Positions 43,983 to 53,224 of a stretch of DNA of 64,000 nucleotides are shown here, in pieces. Position 1 is the first letter of the stretch. The number at the start of each line of letters is the position of its first letter. The notes beneath the pieces are model-generated. The model saw nothing but the letters and a program-made list of their open reading frames with translations, did no database searches and had not been told where the DNA came from. The position numbers and the translations under genes were made by a program. The DNA is from Solirubrobacterales bacterium (GTDB lineage Bacteria > Actinomycetota > Thermoleophilia > Solirubrobacterales > 70-9): positions 86,054-150,053 of the forward strand of contig JBJMKP010000001.1 in assembly GCA_045805745.1 (NCBI GenBank). The letters are read 5' to 3'.

Positions 43983-45260
43983 ATGAGAACTCACCTGGCG
44001 CTCGGCGCCTTCCGCGGGCGCCTGGCGCCGGCGCTGATCGTCCTGTCCCTTCTGGCCTTCGCCGCTCCGGCGAGCGCGGCGGCTAAGTCGGCGCCCTCCG
44101 TCCTCACCTTCAAGGTCATGGGAGTGGGGGCCGCGGGCAACCCGGCGGTCGGCATCGTCCCCTTCGAAGACGCGATCTACCGCAGCTGCGGGGAAGCGCC
44201 GCAGCCGCAGGGCCCGCGGGCACCGAGCTGCCAGATGGTCGGCGGCGTCGGCTACACCTACGGGATCGGAAAGCTCGAGGTGACGGTCGGCCAGTACGTG
44301 AAGTTCCTCAACACCGCCGACCCGTTCGGTCGAAACACCCACGACCTCTACAGCGAAAACGAGAGCGGGGCCGCCTGGCCGCGCTTCGGCCAGATCGACT
44401 TCTCGGCCGGCGCCCGCCGCGGTCGCCATTACTCCGCCGCGGCGCCGGAGTGGATCGACAAGCCCTACGGCTTCGCCAACTTCCTGCGCTCGGCGCGCTT
44501 CGCCAACTCTCTCTCCAACGGCAAGCTGCTTTCCAAGCACAGCGGCAGCGAAGGCCCCTACCCCTTCACCACTTACAAGGTGCGGCTCTCCCCCCAAACC
44601 GAGCGTGGGATGTACGACATGCGGAAGCCGAAGACGACCCGCACGAAGAAGACGGGCTTCGTCATCCCCAGCCAGGACGAGTGGATCAAGGCCGCCTACT
44701 ACGACCCGGCGGGCGGCGGCACCTACTCCTACTGGCAGTACCCGACCAACCCCGGTGCCTTCGGCCAGAAGGGGGTCGGCCTGCCCAACCAGGCGACCCT
44801 CGACCCGCAGACCGGCGACGTCACCAACGCCTCCTCGCAGCCGCTGGCGATCTTCCACACGCCGGAAACGCCGGCGCCGACCTGGTGCCCCTCCAATCAG
44901 ACGACCGCCGACTGTGAAGGCGTCAACCCGCTCGGCCTGCCGGCGGAAAAATACGGTCAGCTCTTCGCCGGCAGCCTCGGCACGGTCGGGCAGGCGGGAA
45001 CCCGCTCGCCCTGGGGCACCCTCGACCAGGGCGGCAACGCGGTCGAGTGGACCGACACGATCACCGCGCCGCCGTTCGGGACCAAAGGCAAGCGGGTCTG
45101 GCGGCGGCTGCACGGCGGCATCGCCAACGCGCCCGTCTACCAGCTGTGGCTCTCGGCGGTCGGGCTGCAGCCGCAGAACAACACCTTCTTCACCGCGACC
45201 TACCCGTGGCTGGGGATCAGGATCGGCGTGGTCGGCGACCCGATGCCGGGCGGGCGCTGA
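43983..45260 (+). CDS. secreted FGE-sulfatase/SUMF1-like domain protein
   Basis: Signal peptide AAPASAAA. GGNAVEWTD resembles the GNVWEWT motif of the FGE/SUMF1 family. Divergent overall. Confidence 0.65.
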   Translation: MRTHLALGAFRGRLAPALIVLSLLAFAAPASAAAKSAPSVLTFKVMGVGAAGNPAVGIVPFEDAIYRSCGEAPQPQGPRAPSCQMVGGVGYTYGIGKLEVTVGQYVKFLNTADPFGRNTHDLYSENESGAAWPRFGQIDFSAGARRGRHYSAAAPEWIDKPYGFANFLRSARFANSLSNGKLLSKHSGSEGPYPFTTYKVRLSPQTERGMYDMRKPKTTRTKKTGFVIPSQDEWIKAAYYDPAGGGTYSYWQYPTNPGAFGQKGVGLPNQATLDPQTGDVTNASSQPLAIFHTPETPAPTWCPSNQTTADCEGVNPLGLPAEKYGQLFAGSLGTVGQAGTRSPWGTLDQGGNAVEWTDTITAPPFGTKGKRVWRRLHGGIANAPVYQLWLSAVGLQPQNNTFFTATYPWLGIRIGVVGDPMPGGR

Positions 45261-45315
45261 GCCCGGACCGGCCCGGGCGGTCGTGATCGTCCGCCGGGCG
45301 GCATAGGTTGGCGTC

Positions 45316-46716
45316 GTGAACCGGGGGAGAAGGGCATTCGCGCTGGCAGCCGTACTCGTGGCTGCTCTCGCGTTCTGCTCCGGCGCTCTTGCGGCGACGG
45401 CCAAGTCCAAGCCGAAGCCCGGGACGCTGACCCAGCTGTCCGGCAAGCGCGGCTGCCTGGCCGACCGCTCGGCGAAAGCCGGCGGCTGTGCGGTGGCGCG
45501 AGCGCTGAACGGTCCCGGGCCCTTCATGGGATCGCGGGCGATCGCGGTCAGCCCCGACGGCAAGCAGGTCTACGTCGCCTCCTCCGGGAGCGACGCGATC
45601 GCGATCTTCACCCGCAACCGCAAGTCCGGCTTCCTCGCGCAGGCGAAGAAGACCGAAGGCTGCATCGCCGCCAAAGGCGCTGCCGGCTGCGCGACGGCGA
45701 TCGGGCTCGACGAACCGAACTCGGTCTCGATCAGCCCCGACGGCCGCAACCTCTACGCCACCTCGCGGGCGGGCAACTCGATTACCTCGTACGTCCGCAA
45801 CCGGAAGACCGGCTCGCTGCGCCAGTTGCCGCCGCCGCTCGCCGGCTGCATCTCCGGGGCGCCGATCCCCGGCTGCGTCGCGGGGCTGGGCCTGCTCGCT
45901 CCCGACGTGGTCGTGGTCAGCCCCGACGGCAGAAACGTCTACGTCGGCTCCTTCTTCGGCAACTCGGTTGCCGCCTTCGCCCGCAATCCTGAAACCGGAG
46001 CGCTGACCCAGCTCGCCGGCAGCGCCGGCTGCATCGCCGAGGCAACCGCGGGCTGCGCCACCGGCATCGCCCTGAACTCGGTCGAGGGGCTGGCGATCAG
46101 CGGCGACGGCGCCACGGTCTACGCCGCCACCGCGCTCTCCAACGCGGTAGTGACCCTGTCCCGCAATCCCAGCACCGGGGCGCTCGCCCAGCCAACCGAC
46201 GGCAGCGGCTGCATCGTCGACAGCGCCCTGACCGGCTGCACCCTGGGGCGCGAGCTGGGCGGCGCCAACGCGATCGCGGTCAGCCCCGACGACGACGGCG
46301 TCTACGTCACCTCGCTGTTCGCCAACAGCGTCACCTCATTCAACCGCACCGCCTCGACCGGCGCCCTCGCCCAGAAGGAAGGGACGGGCGGCTGCCTGAT
46401 CTACCTGCGGTCGGCCGGCTGCTCCTTCGGTCGGGCGCTGATCGCGTCCGAGGGCCTGGCGCTCTCGTCCGACGGGCGGAACGCCTACGTTGCCGCCTTC
46501 AAGACCGGGGCGATCGCCGTCCTCAACCGCGGCCAGGCCGGCGCGGTGGCGCAGAAGCCGGGAGCCGCCGGCTGTCTGGCAACCGCGGTGCCCGACTGCA
46601 CGCCGGCGCGGGCGCTGAAGGGCGTCAGCTCGATCGCCCTCAGCCCCGACGGCCGCTATCTCTACTCGACCGCGTTCGAAAGCGACGCGGTCGACGTCTT
46701 CAGGAGGAACCGATGA
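45316..46716 (+). CDS. secreted 7-bladed beta-propeller (lactonase-like) with one Cys pair per blade
   Basis: Seven units of about 58 aa, each with GC-x6-10-(G/D)C ... SPDG.xxY(V/A) ... F.RN..TG.L.Q. GTG start. Confidence 0.8.
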   Translation: MNRGRRAFALAAVLVAALAFCSGALAATAKSKPKPGTLTQLSGKRGCLADRSAKAGGCAVARALNGPGPFMGSRAIAVSPDGKQVYVASSGSDAIAIFTRNRKSGFLAQAKKTEGCIAAKGAAGCATAIGLDEPNSVSISPDGRNLYATSRAGNSITSYVRNRKTGSLRQLPPPLAGCISGAPIPGCVAGLGLLAPDVVVVSPDGRNVYVGSFFGNSVAAFARNPETGALTQLAGSAGCIAEATAGCATGIALNSVEGLAISGDGATVYAATALSNAVVTLSRNPSTGALAQPTDGSGCIVDSALTGCTLGRELGGANAIAVSPDDDGVYVTSLFANSVTSFNRTASTGALAQKEGTGGCLIYLRSAGCSFGRALIASEGLALSSDGRNAYVAAFKTGAIAVLNRGQAGAVAQKPGAAGCLATAVPDCTPARALKGVSSIALSPDGRYLYSTAFESDAVDVFRRNR

Positions 46717-48344
46717 GCGAATCCGACGAGCGCCGCGACGACGAGCAGCGCGACGGGCTGACCCGCAAACAGCTGCTTGGGACCGGCGCCAGCGCAGCCG
46801 CGGCCGCGCTTCTGGCCCAGGGCAGCGGCGTCGAGCGGGCGCTCGGGGCGGGCAAAGGCGGGCGCCGCGACGTCGCCGGGATGAACGTCGTCCTCATCCT
46901 CACCGACCAGGAGCGGGCGATCCAGCACTTCCCGCCCAACTGGCTGCGCCAGAACCTTCCGGGGATGCGGCGGCTGCGCCAGCATGGGGTCAGCTTCGAA
47001 CGCGCCTTCACCAACGCCTGCATGTGCTCTCCCGCCCGCTCGACCCTGATGAGCGGGTTCTTCCCCGCCCAACACGGGGTCAAGTACACGCTGGAGGAAG
47101 ACATGCCGTTCCCGGAATACCCGCACCAGGTGGAACTGCCGCGGCCGCCGGCGATGCCGAACCTGGCCACGGTGATGCGGGCGGCGGGCTACAACGTCGT
47201 CTACAAGGGCAAGTGGCACTGCTCGAAGCCGGCGGAAAAAGAAAACGCCAAGCCCTCCGACCTCGAGCGCTATGGCTGGACCCGCTGGAACCCGCCCGAC
47301 GCCGGCGCCAACCAGAGCGTCCCCGAGGCGGGCGGTGGCTTCATCGACAACGACGGCCGCTTCATGGAATCGACCGGCTCGCCGGAGGCCGGCGACGAGG
47401 GTGTGCTCCAGTACCTCAGCTCGGCAGCGGCCAAACAGCAGCCCTTCTTCCTGGTGATCTCGCTGGTCAACCCGCACGACGTCCTCTTCTATCCGAGCAA
47501 GACCTTTGAAGAAGCCGGCTACGACAACTCGTGGATCCAGGGCCAGATCGGCGTTCCGGAGACCAACGAAGAAGACCTCTCGACCAAGCCCACCGTGCAG
47601 GAACAGTTCCTGCGGATCTTCAACCTCACCGGCAAGCCGAAGGCCGAAAAGGAAAAGCGCGCCTACCTCAACTATTACGGCAACCTGATGCGCTCCTCCG
47701 ACAACTACATCGTCGAGGTGCTGAACAAACTCGAAGAGACCGGGCTCTACGACGACACCCTGATCGTCCGCACCGCCGACCATGGCGAGATGGGCCTGAC
47801 CCACGGCGGCATGCGCCAGAAGAACTTCAACTTCTACGAGGAGGCGACGCGGGTGCCGCTCGTCTACTCCAACCCGAAGCTCTTTCCGAAACCGCAGTCG
47901 ACCGACGCGCTGGTCTCCCACGTCGACTTCCTGCCCACCCTGGCGAGCCTGGCGAAGGCGCCGAAATCGGCCCGCGCCAATTGGCAGGGGAAGGACTATT
48001 CGAAGCTGGTCCTGCAGCCGAAGACCGCGAAGCCGGTCCAGGACTACGTCGTCTTCACCTACGACGACTTCCAGTCGGGCCAGGCGAGCCCGCCGTATCC
48101 GAAACCGCCGAACCACATCGTCTCGATCCGGGAAGGCCGCTGGAAGCTGGCGCGCTACTACGACGTCGCGAAGAAAAACCCGAAGCCGCCGCAGTGGGAG
48201 ATGTACGACCTGAAGACCGACCCGCTGGAGCAGAAGAACCTCGCCTTCGAAGGCTACGAACGCTCGCCCCGCGAGGAGGCCCAGTTCCAGCGGCTCAAGC
48301 GCCGGCTGGCGCGGGTCGAAAAGACGCGCCTGCAGGGCCGCTGA
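46713..48344 (+). CDS. sulfatase (formylglycine-dependent) with Tat-like signal
   Basis: CSPARSTLMSG matches the C-x-P-x-R sulfatase signature. N-terminal LTRKQLLGTGASAAAAALL. ATGA overlap with the upstream gene. Confidence 0.9.
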   Translation: MSESDERRDDEQRDGLTRKQLLGTGASAAAAALLAQGSGVERALGAGKGGRRDVAGMNVVLILTDQERAIQHFPPNWLRQNLPGMRRLRQHGVSFERAFTNACMCSPARSTLMSGFFPAQHGVKYTLEEDMPFPEYPHQVELPRPPAMPNLATVMRAAGYNVVYKGKWHCSKPAEKENAKPSDLERYGWTRWNPPDAGANQSVPEAGGGFIDNDGRFMESTGSPEAGDEGVLQYLSSAAAKQQPFFLVISLVNPHDVLFYPSKTFEEAGYDNSWIQGQIGVPETNEEDLSTKPTVQEQFLRIFNLTGKPKAEKEKRAYLNYYGNLMRSSDNYIVEVLNKLEETGLYDDTLIVRTADHGEMGLTHGGMRQKNFNFYEEATRVPLVYSNPKLFPKPQSTDALVSHVDFLPTLASLAKAPKSARANWQGKDYSKLVLQPKTAKPVQDYVVFTYDDFQSGQASPPYPKPPNHIVSIREGRWKLARYYDVAKKNPKPPQWEMYDLKTDPLEQKNLAFEGYERSPREEAQFQRLKRRLARVEKTRLQGR

Positions 48345-48384
48345 AGTCCCGTTTCTCCACGGTTCGCTTGCTATCTCCTTCTAA

Positions 48385-48406
48385 TTGATCAGAATCGACT
48401 GATCAA
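48385..48406. promoter_or_regulatory. perfect inverted repeat TTGATCAG-AATCGA-CTGATCAA upstream of the SGNH hydrolase gene
   Basis: 8-6-8 palindrome in a locally AT-richer intergenic region. Confidence 0.45.
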
Positions 48407-48471
48407 CTGCCGCTCCGGGCGCCGGATAAGGGCCGGCGAGGGTGGGGGCGGGCGGTCGAAGTTCTGGAGGA

Positions 48472-49278
48472 ATGAAGATGAAGTGGAGGCGCATTTCCGC
48501 AGTTCTCTGCGTGCTGGCTCTGTTTGCGGTGTTCACGGCGACCGCCTCGGCGGTCAAGTACGTCGCCCTCGGCGACTCGTACTCGTCCGGGACCGGGACC
48601 AGGACGTTCTACGAACCGACCTGCCAGCGGTCGGTCTACGCGTACCCGTACCTGCTGCACAACGCTCATCCGGAATGGACCTTCGTCAACGCCAGCTGCT
48701 CGGGGGCGAAGACTGGTGACGTGCTCAACACCCAGGTGAACAGCGTCACCTCGGACACCAACTGGGTCACCTACACGATCGGCGGCAACGACGCCGGCTT
48801 CTCCAGCGTGATCACCGAATGCGCGCTGCCGTCGTGGGCGTCCAACTGCGAAGGGGCGATCAACACCGCGCAGTCCTACATAACCAACACCCTGCCGGGC
48901 CGCCTCGACCTCGTCAACAACGCGATCAAGTCGCGGGCGCCGAGCGCCAAAGTCATCGTGCTCGACTATCCGCGGCTGTTCAACGGCACCGACTGCAATG
49001 CGCTGACCTTCTTCAGCGGCAGTGAGATAACGCGGTTGAACCAGACCGCCGACATGCTGAAGAACGTGGAGAGCGCCGCGGCGACGCGGGCGGGGGCGAA
49101 CTTCGTCTTCCGCGACGTGATCCCGCCGTTCATCGGCCACGCCGTCTGTGACGGCGGCGGAGGTTCCTCCACTGAGTGGATCAACGGCCTCTCCAACCCG
49201 ACCGGCGAAAGCTACCACCCGAAGGTGACCGGTCATGCGAACGGTTACTACCCGGTGGTGAAAGGAGTTACGGGCTGA
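48472..49278 (+). CDS. secreted SGNH/GDSL hydrolase (lipase/esterase)
   Basis: Signal peptide, YVALGDSYSSG block I, GGNDAGF block III. Start is 48472 or 48478. Confidence 0.88.
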   Translation: MKMKWRRISAVLCVLALFAVFTATASAVKYVALGDSYSSGTGTRTFYEPTCQRSVYAYPYLLHNAHPEWTFVNASCSGAKTGDVLNTQVNSVTSDTNWVTYTIGGNDAGFSSVITECALPSWASNCEGAINTAQSYITNTLPGRLDLVNNAIKSRAPSAKVIVLDYPRLFNGTDCNALTFFSGSEITRLNQTADMLKNVESAAATRAGANFVFRDVIPPFIGHAVCDGGGGSSTEWINGLSNPTGESYHPKVTGHANGYYPVVKGVTG

Positions 49279-49333
49279 GATTTCGGAGCCGGGTGAGCGG
49301 TCGCGACTGCCCGCGCGTTCGCCCGGCTCGAAT

Positions 49334-50887
49334 ATGCTGCTGCCACCGGTCATGGGGAGAGGTCACGTTGAGAGGAAGCTCGTTCGTCCGAGTGCTGCAC
49401 TTGCACTCGGGATTGCCCTGCTGCTGATTCTTCCAGCGGCGGCCTTCGCCGTCCTCGGCGACTTCACCGAACCGTCGTCTTCGCCCGAGCCAGTCGGGAA
49501 AACCAGCGAGTCGGTCGTCGCCGGCGACTTCAACGAGGACGGTCATGCCGACCTGGTTGTCTCCAATAAGGACAGCAATGACCTGACGGTGCTGCTCAAC
49601 GACGGCCACGGGGACTTCACTCCAGTGGCCAGCTCGCCGACGGTGACCGGCCCCTGGCAGGTGGTTGCAGCCAAACTCAACGCCGACGCCCACCTCGACC
49701 TCGCGGTTGCCAGCCAGACTGCGCCCGCCGACGGCGTAGTCGCGATCCTGCTCGGCGACGGCACTGGCAACTTCACCCCTGCCCCGACCTCCCCCGTGCC
49801 GATCGGCGCGGTGACCCGCAATCTCGCGGCCGCCGACCTCGACGGTGACGGGGACCAGGATCTTGCGGTGGCGAAATTGTTCCCTGCTGCGGTCGCGATC
49901 CTCCTCAACGCCGGCAGTGCCAACTTCACTCAGCCGGGAACCTCGCCCGAGGACGCCGGCGGCAACGCGACCAATGTCACCTCGGTCGTGACCGGCGATT
50001 TCAACGAAGACCACGCGACTGACATCGCCGCCGGTAGCGAATTCAGCAACGAGATCAGGATCTATCTCAATGACGGCGACGAAGACGGCGACTTTACGGG
50101 TACCTCCCCGATATCCGGCATCGATGGAACTGCGATGACGTCCGGCCTCTTCGATGCCGACGGAGCAATCGACCTGGCGATTGGTGAAGGCGGGTCGAAA
50201 AAAGCCGCAATCCTGCTCGGTAATGGCAGCGGCGGGTTCGCGGCCGCGCCGACCTCGCCCGAGGAACTACCGGGCGAAGTTAGGTGGCTCGTCAGCGCAG
50301 ACTTCAATAACGACAGCAAACCGGATCTAGCTGCCACCGGTGGTGGCTCCCCGGGCTTCGCAGGGGTCCTCCTCGGCAACGGAGCTGGCGACTTCACCGG
50401 CCCGACGTCCTCGCCGGAGGTCGTGGGATCGTTCCCGACCTCGATTGCCGCCGCGCCGCTCAACGGCGACGCCAGCGTCGATCTCGCCGTGGCGAATACC
50501 TTCGGCGAAAAAGCAAATGTCCTCCTCAATGACTTCGTGCCGGAGAGCGAGCCCCCCGCCGAAAAGGAATCCCAGCCTTCGTCACCTTTGGTGACTCCGC
50601 CGGCATCAACTCTTCCGGCGCCCAACACCAAGCTCGGTGTCCATCCCGGCCCCCGGGTGACGACCAAGCTGAAGAAGCTGAAGGTGAAGTTCGGCTTCGC
50701 CTCCGACGTCGCCGGCGCCACCTTCGAGTGCAAGCTCGACAAGGGCTCCTTCAAGCCCTGCAAGTCGCCCGCCACCTTCCAGGTCAAGCCCGGCAAGCAC
50801 ACCTTCAAGGTTCGCGCCGTCGCTTCCGGCGGTGCCGACGCCTCGCCGGTGACGTACAAGTTCAAGGTCGTCAAACAGAAGGGCTGA
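49334..50887 (+). CDS. secreted FG-GAP/VCBS repeat protein with lysine-rich C-terminal module
   Basis: Repeated GDFN.DG..DL.V pattern about 7 times. The C-terminal roughly 90 aa are K-rich beta-strand-like. Start uncertain (49334 or 49352). Confidence 0.82.
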   Translation: MLLPPVMGRGHVERKLVRPSAALALGIALLLILPAAAFAVLGDFTEPSSSPEPVGKTSESVVAGDFNEDGHADLVVSNKDSNDLTVLLNDGHGDFTPVASSPTVTGPWQVVAAKLNADAHLDLAVASQTAPADGVVAILLGDGTGNFTPAPTSPVPIGAVTRNLAAADLDGDGDQDLAVAKLFPAAVAILLNAGSANFTQPGTSPEDAGGNATNVTSVVTGDFNEDHATDIAAGSEFSNEIRIYLNDGDEDGDFTGTSPISGIDGTAMTSGLFDADGAIDLAIGEGGSKKAAILLGNGSGGFAAAPTSPEELPGEVRWLVSADFNNDSKPDLAATGGGSPGFAGVLLGNGAGDFTGPTSSPEVVGSFPTSIAAAPLNGDASVDLAVANTFGEKANVLLNDFVPESEPPAEKESQPSSPLVTPPASTLPAPNTKLGVHPGPRVTTKLKKLKVKFGFASDVAGATFECKLDKGSFKPCKSPATFQVKPGKHTFKVRAVASGGADASPVTYKFKVVKQKG

Positions 50888-50924
50888 AGCGGGCGGTTCC
50901 CGTTCGCCGGATAATCGGCGGGCG

Positions 50925-51650
50925 ATGATCGAAGCCGTCACCTTCGACTTCTGGAACACGATCGCCCAGGTGCCGACCGGGGCGATGAGCGAAGCGCGGC
51001 AGCGGGCGGTGGCGCGGGCCTGCGAGTCGAACGACGTGGCTGTGGAGGCGCAGCTGCTGGTGGCAGGTCTGGAGGAGGTCGGGCTGCACTGGGAGCGGTC
51101 GTGGGCCGCCGGCCGGCACCTGCCGCCGCGTGAGGCGGCCGAGACTCTGGTCCGCGCGCTCGGGGTCGAGGGTGCCGCGCGGGAGATGGTCGCCGAGGCC
51201 TTCCTTGGCGCCGGGCGGGAAGTCGATCTGGAGCTGGCGCCGGAGATCGGCGCCTGCCTGGAGGCGCTCGCCGACCGTGGGCTGCGGCTGGGAATCGTCT
51301 GCGACGTTGGCTTCAGCGGCGGTGCGCTGCTGCGCGAGCTGCTCGCGGAGGAGGGGCTGCTAGGCCACTTCTCCGGCTGGGCCTTCTCCGACGAGGTCGG
51401 CCACTACAAGCCCTCGCCGCGGATCTTCGAAGCGGCGCTCGACGCTCTAGGCGCCGAGCCGGCCGCCGCGCTTCACGTCGGCGACCTGCGCCGCACCGAC
51501 GTCGCCGGCGCCGCCGCGCTGGGGATGCGAACCGTCCGCTACAAAGGGATGAACGACGAGGGCGAGGCAGACCCCGGCCCGGAAGCCGAACACGTCCTCG
51601 ACTCCCATCTGGAGCTGATCGATGTCATTGCCGATCTCGATCGAAACTGA
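50925..51650 (+). CDS. HAD-superfamily hydrolase
   Basis: VTFDFWNT motif I variant, KPSPRIF and VGD..RTDV motifs. Confidence 0.8.
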   Translation: MIEAVTFDFWNTIAQVPTGAMSEARQRAVARACESNDVAVEAQLLVAGLEEVGLHWERSWAAGRHLPPREAAETLVRALGVEGAAREMVAEAFLGAGREVDLELAPEIGACLEALADRGLRLGIVCDVGFSGGALLRELLAEEGLLGHFSGWAFSDEVGHYKPSPRIFEAALDALGAEPAAALHVGDLRRTDVAGAAALGMRTVRYKGMNDEGEADPGPEAEHVLDSHLELIDVIADLDRN

Positions 51651-52125
51651 ACGCCTGCTGCTGCGGCCGGTGGGGCCGGACGACCTCGAGCAGCTGGTCA
51701 GGCTGCACGAGGACCCCGCGGTGGCTCGATTTGTCGGGACCCCGAGTCGCGAGTGGTTGTCGGAACGGATCGGCTGGAGCCAGGAGGAATGGTCCAAGCG
51801 CGGACACGGGCTGCTGGCCATCCTCGACCGGCGCAGTGGGGCGTTCCTCGGTCGCACCGGCCTCAAATACTGGCCGCAGTTCGAGGAGACCGAGCTCGGC
51901 TGGGTGCTGCAACCCGAGGCTCGCGGCCGCGGCATCGCCACCGAGGCCGCCGGCGCGGCGCTGCACCAGGGGTTTTCCGAACACGACCTTCCCTATGTCA
52001 CGGCGATGATCCGGCCCGACAACGCCCGCTCGATCGGCGTGGCCGAGCGGCTGGGCTTCCAGGCGGTTCGCGAGGACGAGCTGCTCGGGGTCGGGGTGAC
52101 GGTGTACTCGGTCAGGCCGGGCTGA
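51622..52125 (+). CDS. GNAT family N-acetyltransferase (RimJ/RimL-like)
   Basis: IETERLLLRP N-terminus and RGRGIATEAA acetyl-CoA-binding motif. Confidence 0.85.
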   Translation: MSLPISIETERLLLRPVGPDDLEQLVRLHEDPAVARFVGTPSREWLSERIGWSQEEWSKRGHGLLAILDRRSGAFLGRTGLKYWPQFEETELGWVLQPEARGRGIATEAAGAALHQGFSEHDLPYVTAMIRPDNARSIGVAERLGFQAVREDELLGVGVTVYSVRPG

Positions 52126-52885
52126 GGACGTAGGCGGCCATCCCCGGCGGGGCGCCCTTGGCGCTGAAGCGGCGCTTCTTCGCCCTCGCGGCGCCAGGGT
52201 CGAGCCTGTCCAGGGTGTGGTCGGAGACGAGGATCTCGCCGGGCTTGGCCGCGTCGGCGAGCCGGGCGGCGATGTTGACGTCGACGCCGAAGTAGTCGCC
52301 GCCGAGCTTGCGCGGCCGGCCGAGGTGGATGCCGGTGCGCAGGCGGGGGCGGTAGCCGTCGACCTCGATCGGGGCGACGCGCTCGTTGGCGGCGAAGGCG
52401 GCCTCGACGGCGCGGGGGGCGTCCCAGAAGGCCGCCATCAGCCCGTCGCCGAGACGCTTCACCACCTCGCCCTGGCGCTCGAGCACCGGCGGCTCGATCG
52501 CGTCGCCGACCTCGCGCAGGAGCCGCACGGCGGCTCGGTCGCCGGCCTCCAGGGCCCAGCTGGAGAAGCCGACCAGGTCGGTGAAGAGGATCGCCACGTC
52601 CACCTTGCCGCGACCGCGGTCCTGGGACTCGGCCAGCCGCTGCCAGGCCTGCAGGGCGGTCAGGCCGAGCTCGCCGAGGAAGCCGGGCCGGTCGCCTCGC
52701 AACGCGACCAGCTGCCTCGCGGCGAGGTCGGAGGGACGGCCGCGGGCGGTGGAGAGGTGGTCGATGAGCTCGTCGTCGCCCATCGTCCGCTCCCGCGTTT
52801 GCCGGGCGAAGCCGACGAGTCTGGCGTTGCGGTTGAAACGCTGCGCGGCAGCCGCCCACCGCCGGCTCGGTCTCTCGTCGCTCAT
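52112..52885 (-). CDS. class III adenylate/guanylate cyclase domain protein
   Basis: VAILFTDLVGFS, KRLGDGLMAAF, GVDVNIAARL. Confidence 0.88.
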   Translation of the reverse strand: MSDERPSRRWAAAAQRFNRNARLVGFARQTRERTMGDDELIDHLSTARGRPSDLAARQLVALRGDRPGFLGELGLTALQAWQRLAESQDRGRGKVDVAILFTDLVGFSSWALEAGDRAAVRLLREVGDAIEPPVLERQGEVVKRLGDGLMAAFWDAPRAVEAAFAANERVAPIEVDGYRPRLRTGIHLGRPRKLGGDYFGVDVNIAARLADAAKPGEILVSDHTLDRLDPGAARAKKRRFSAKGAPPGMAAYVLSPA

Positions 52886-52907
52886 CGCGGGGGAGACTGG
52901 CAGAAGC

Positions 52908-53198
52908 TCAGCGACTCTTCAGCAGGCGGCCGACCGCCGCCATCATCTCGTCGGTCTTTTCGGCCCGCGCCTCCGGCGTCTCGGCGCCGACCACGCAGTG
53001 GCGGGTGTGTTCGTCGAGCAGCTCCAGGGCGACCTTGTCGATCGCAGCCTGGGCGGCGGAGATCTGGGTGAGGATGTCGATGCAGTAGCGCTCCTCGTCG
53101 ACCATCCGCTCGATGCCGCCGATCTGGCCGGCGATCCGGCGCAGGCGGTTCTTGACCTTCTCTTTGTTGTCAATGTAGCCAGGGGTTTGATTTTCCAT
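52908..53198 (-). CDS. csoR: CsoR/RcnR family metal-sensing repressor
   Basis: LRRIAGQIGGIERMVDEERYCIDILTQI...HTRHC, the C-H-C ligand pattern. Adjacent to copA and to a CsoR-type operator. Confidence 0.88.
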   Translation of the reverse strand: MENQTPGYIDNKEKVKNRLRRIAGQIGGIERMVDEERYCIDILTQISAAQAAIDKVALELLDEHTRHCVVGAETPEARAEKTDEMMAAVGRLLKSR

Positions 53199-53207
53199 CT
53201 TGCTAGG

Positions 53208-53224
53208 ATACCCCTATGGGGTAT
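53208..53224. promoter_or_regulatory. CsoR-type operator ATACCCC-TAT-GGGGTAT
   Basis: Perfect 17-nt palindrome with G/C tracts in the 17-nt csoR-copA gap. It overlaps the first copA ATG at 53216. Confidence 0.7.

Noticed and set aside
43158-45563. 801-aa minus-strand ORF
   Set aside because: It is an antisense shadow of the SRPBCC, FGE-like and propeller genes. It is extremely R/P/G/A-rich and has no recognisable motifs. The plus-strand genes carry signal peptides and catalytic motifs. This is typical of high-GC DNA.
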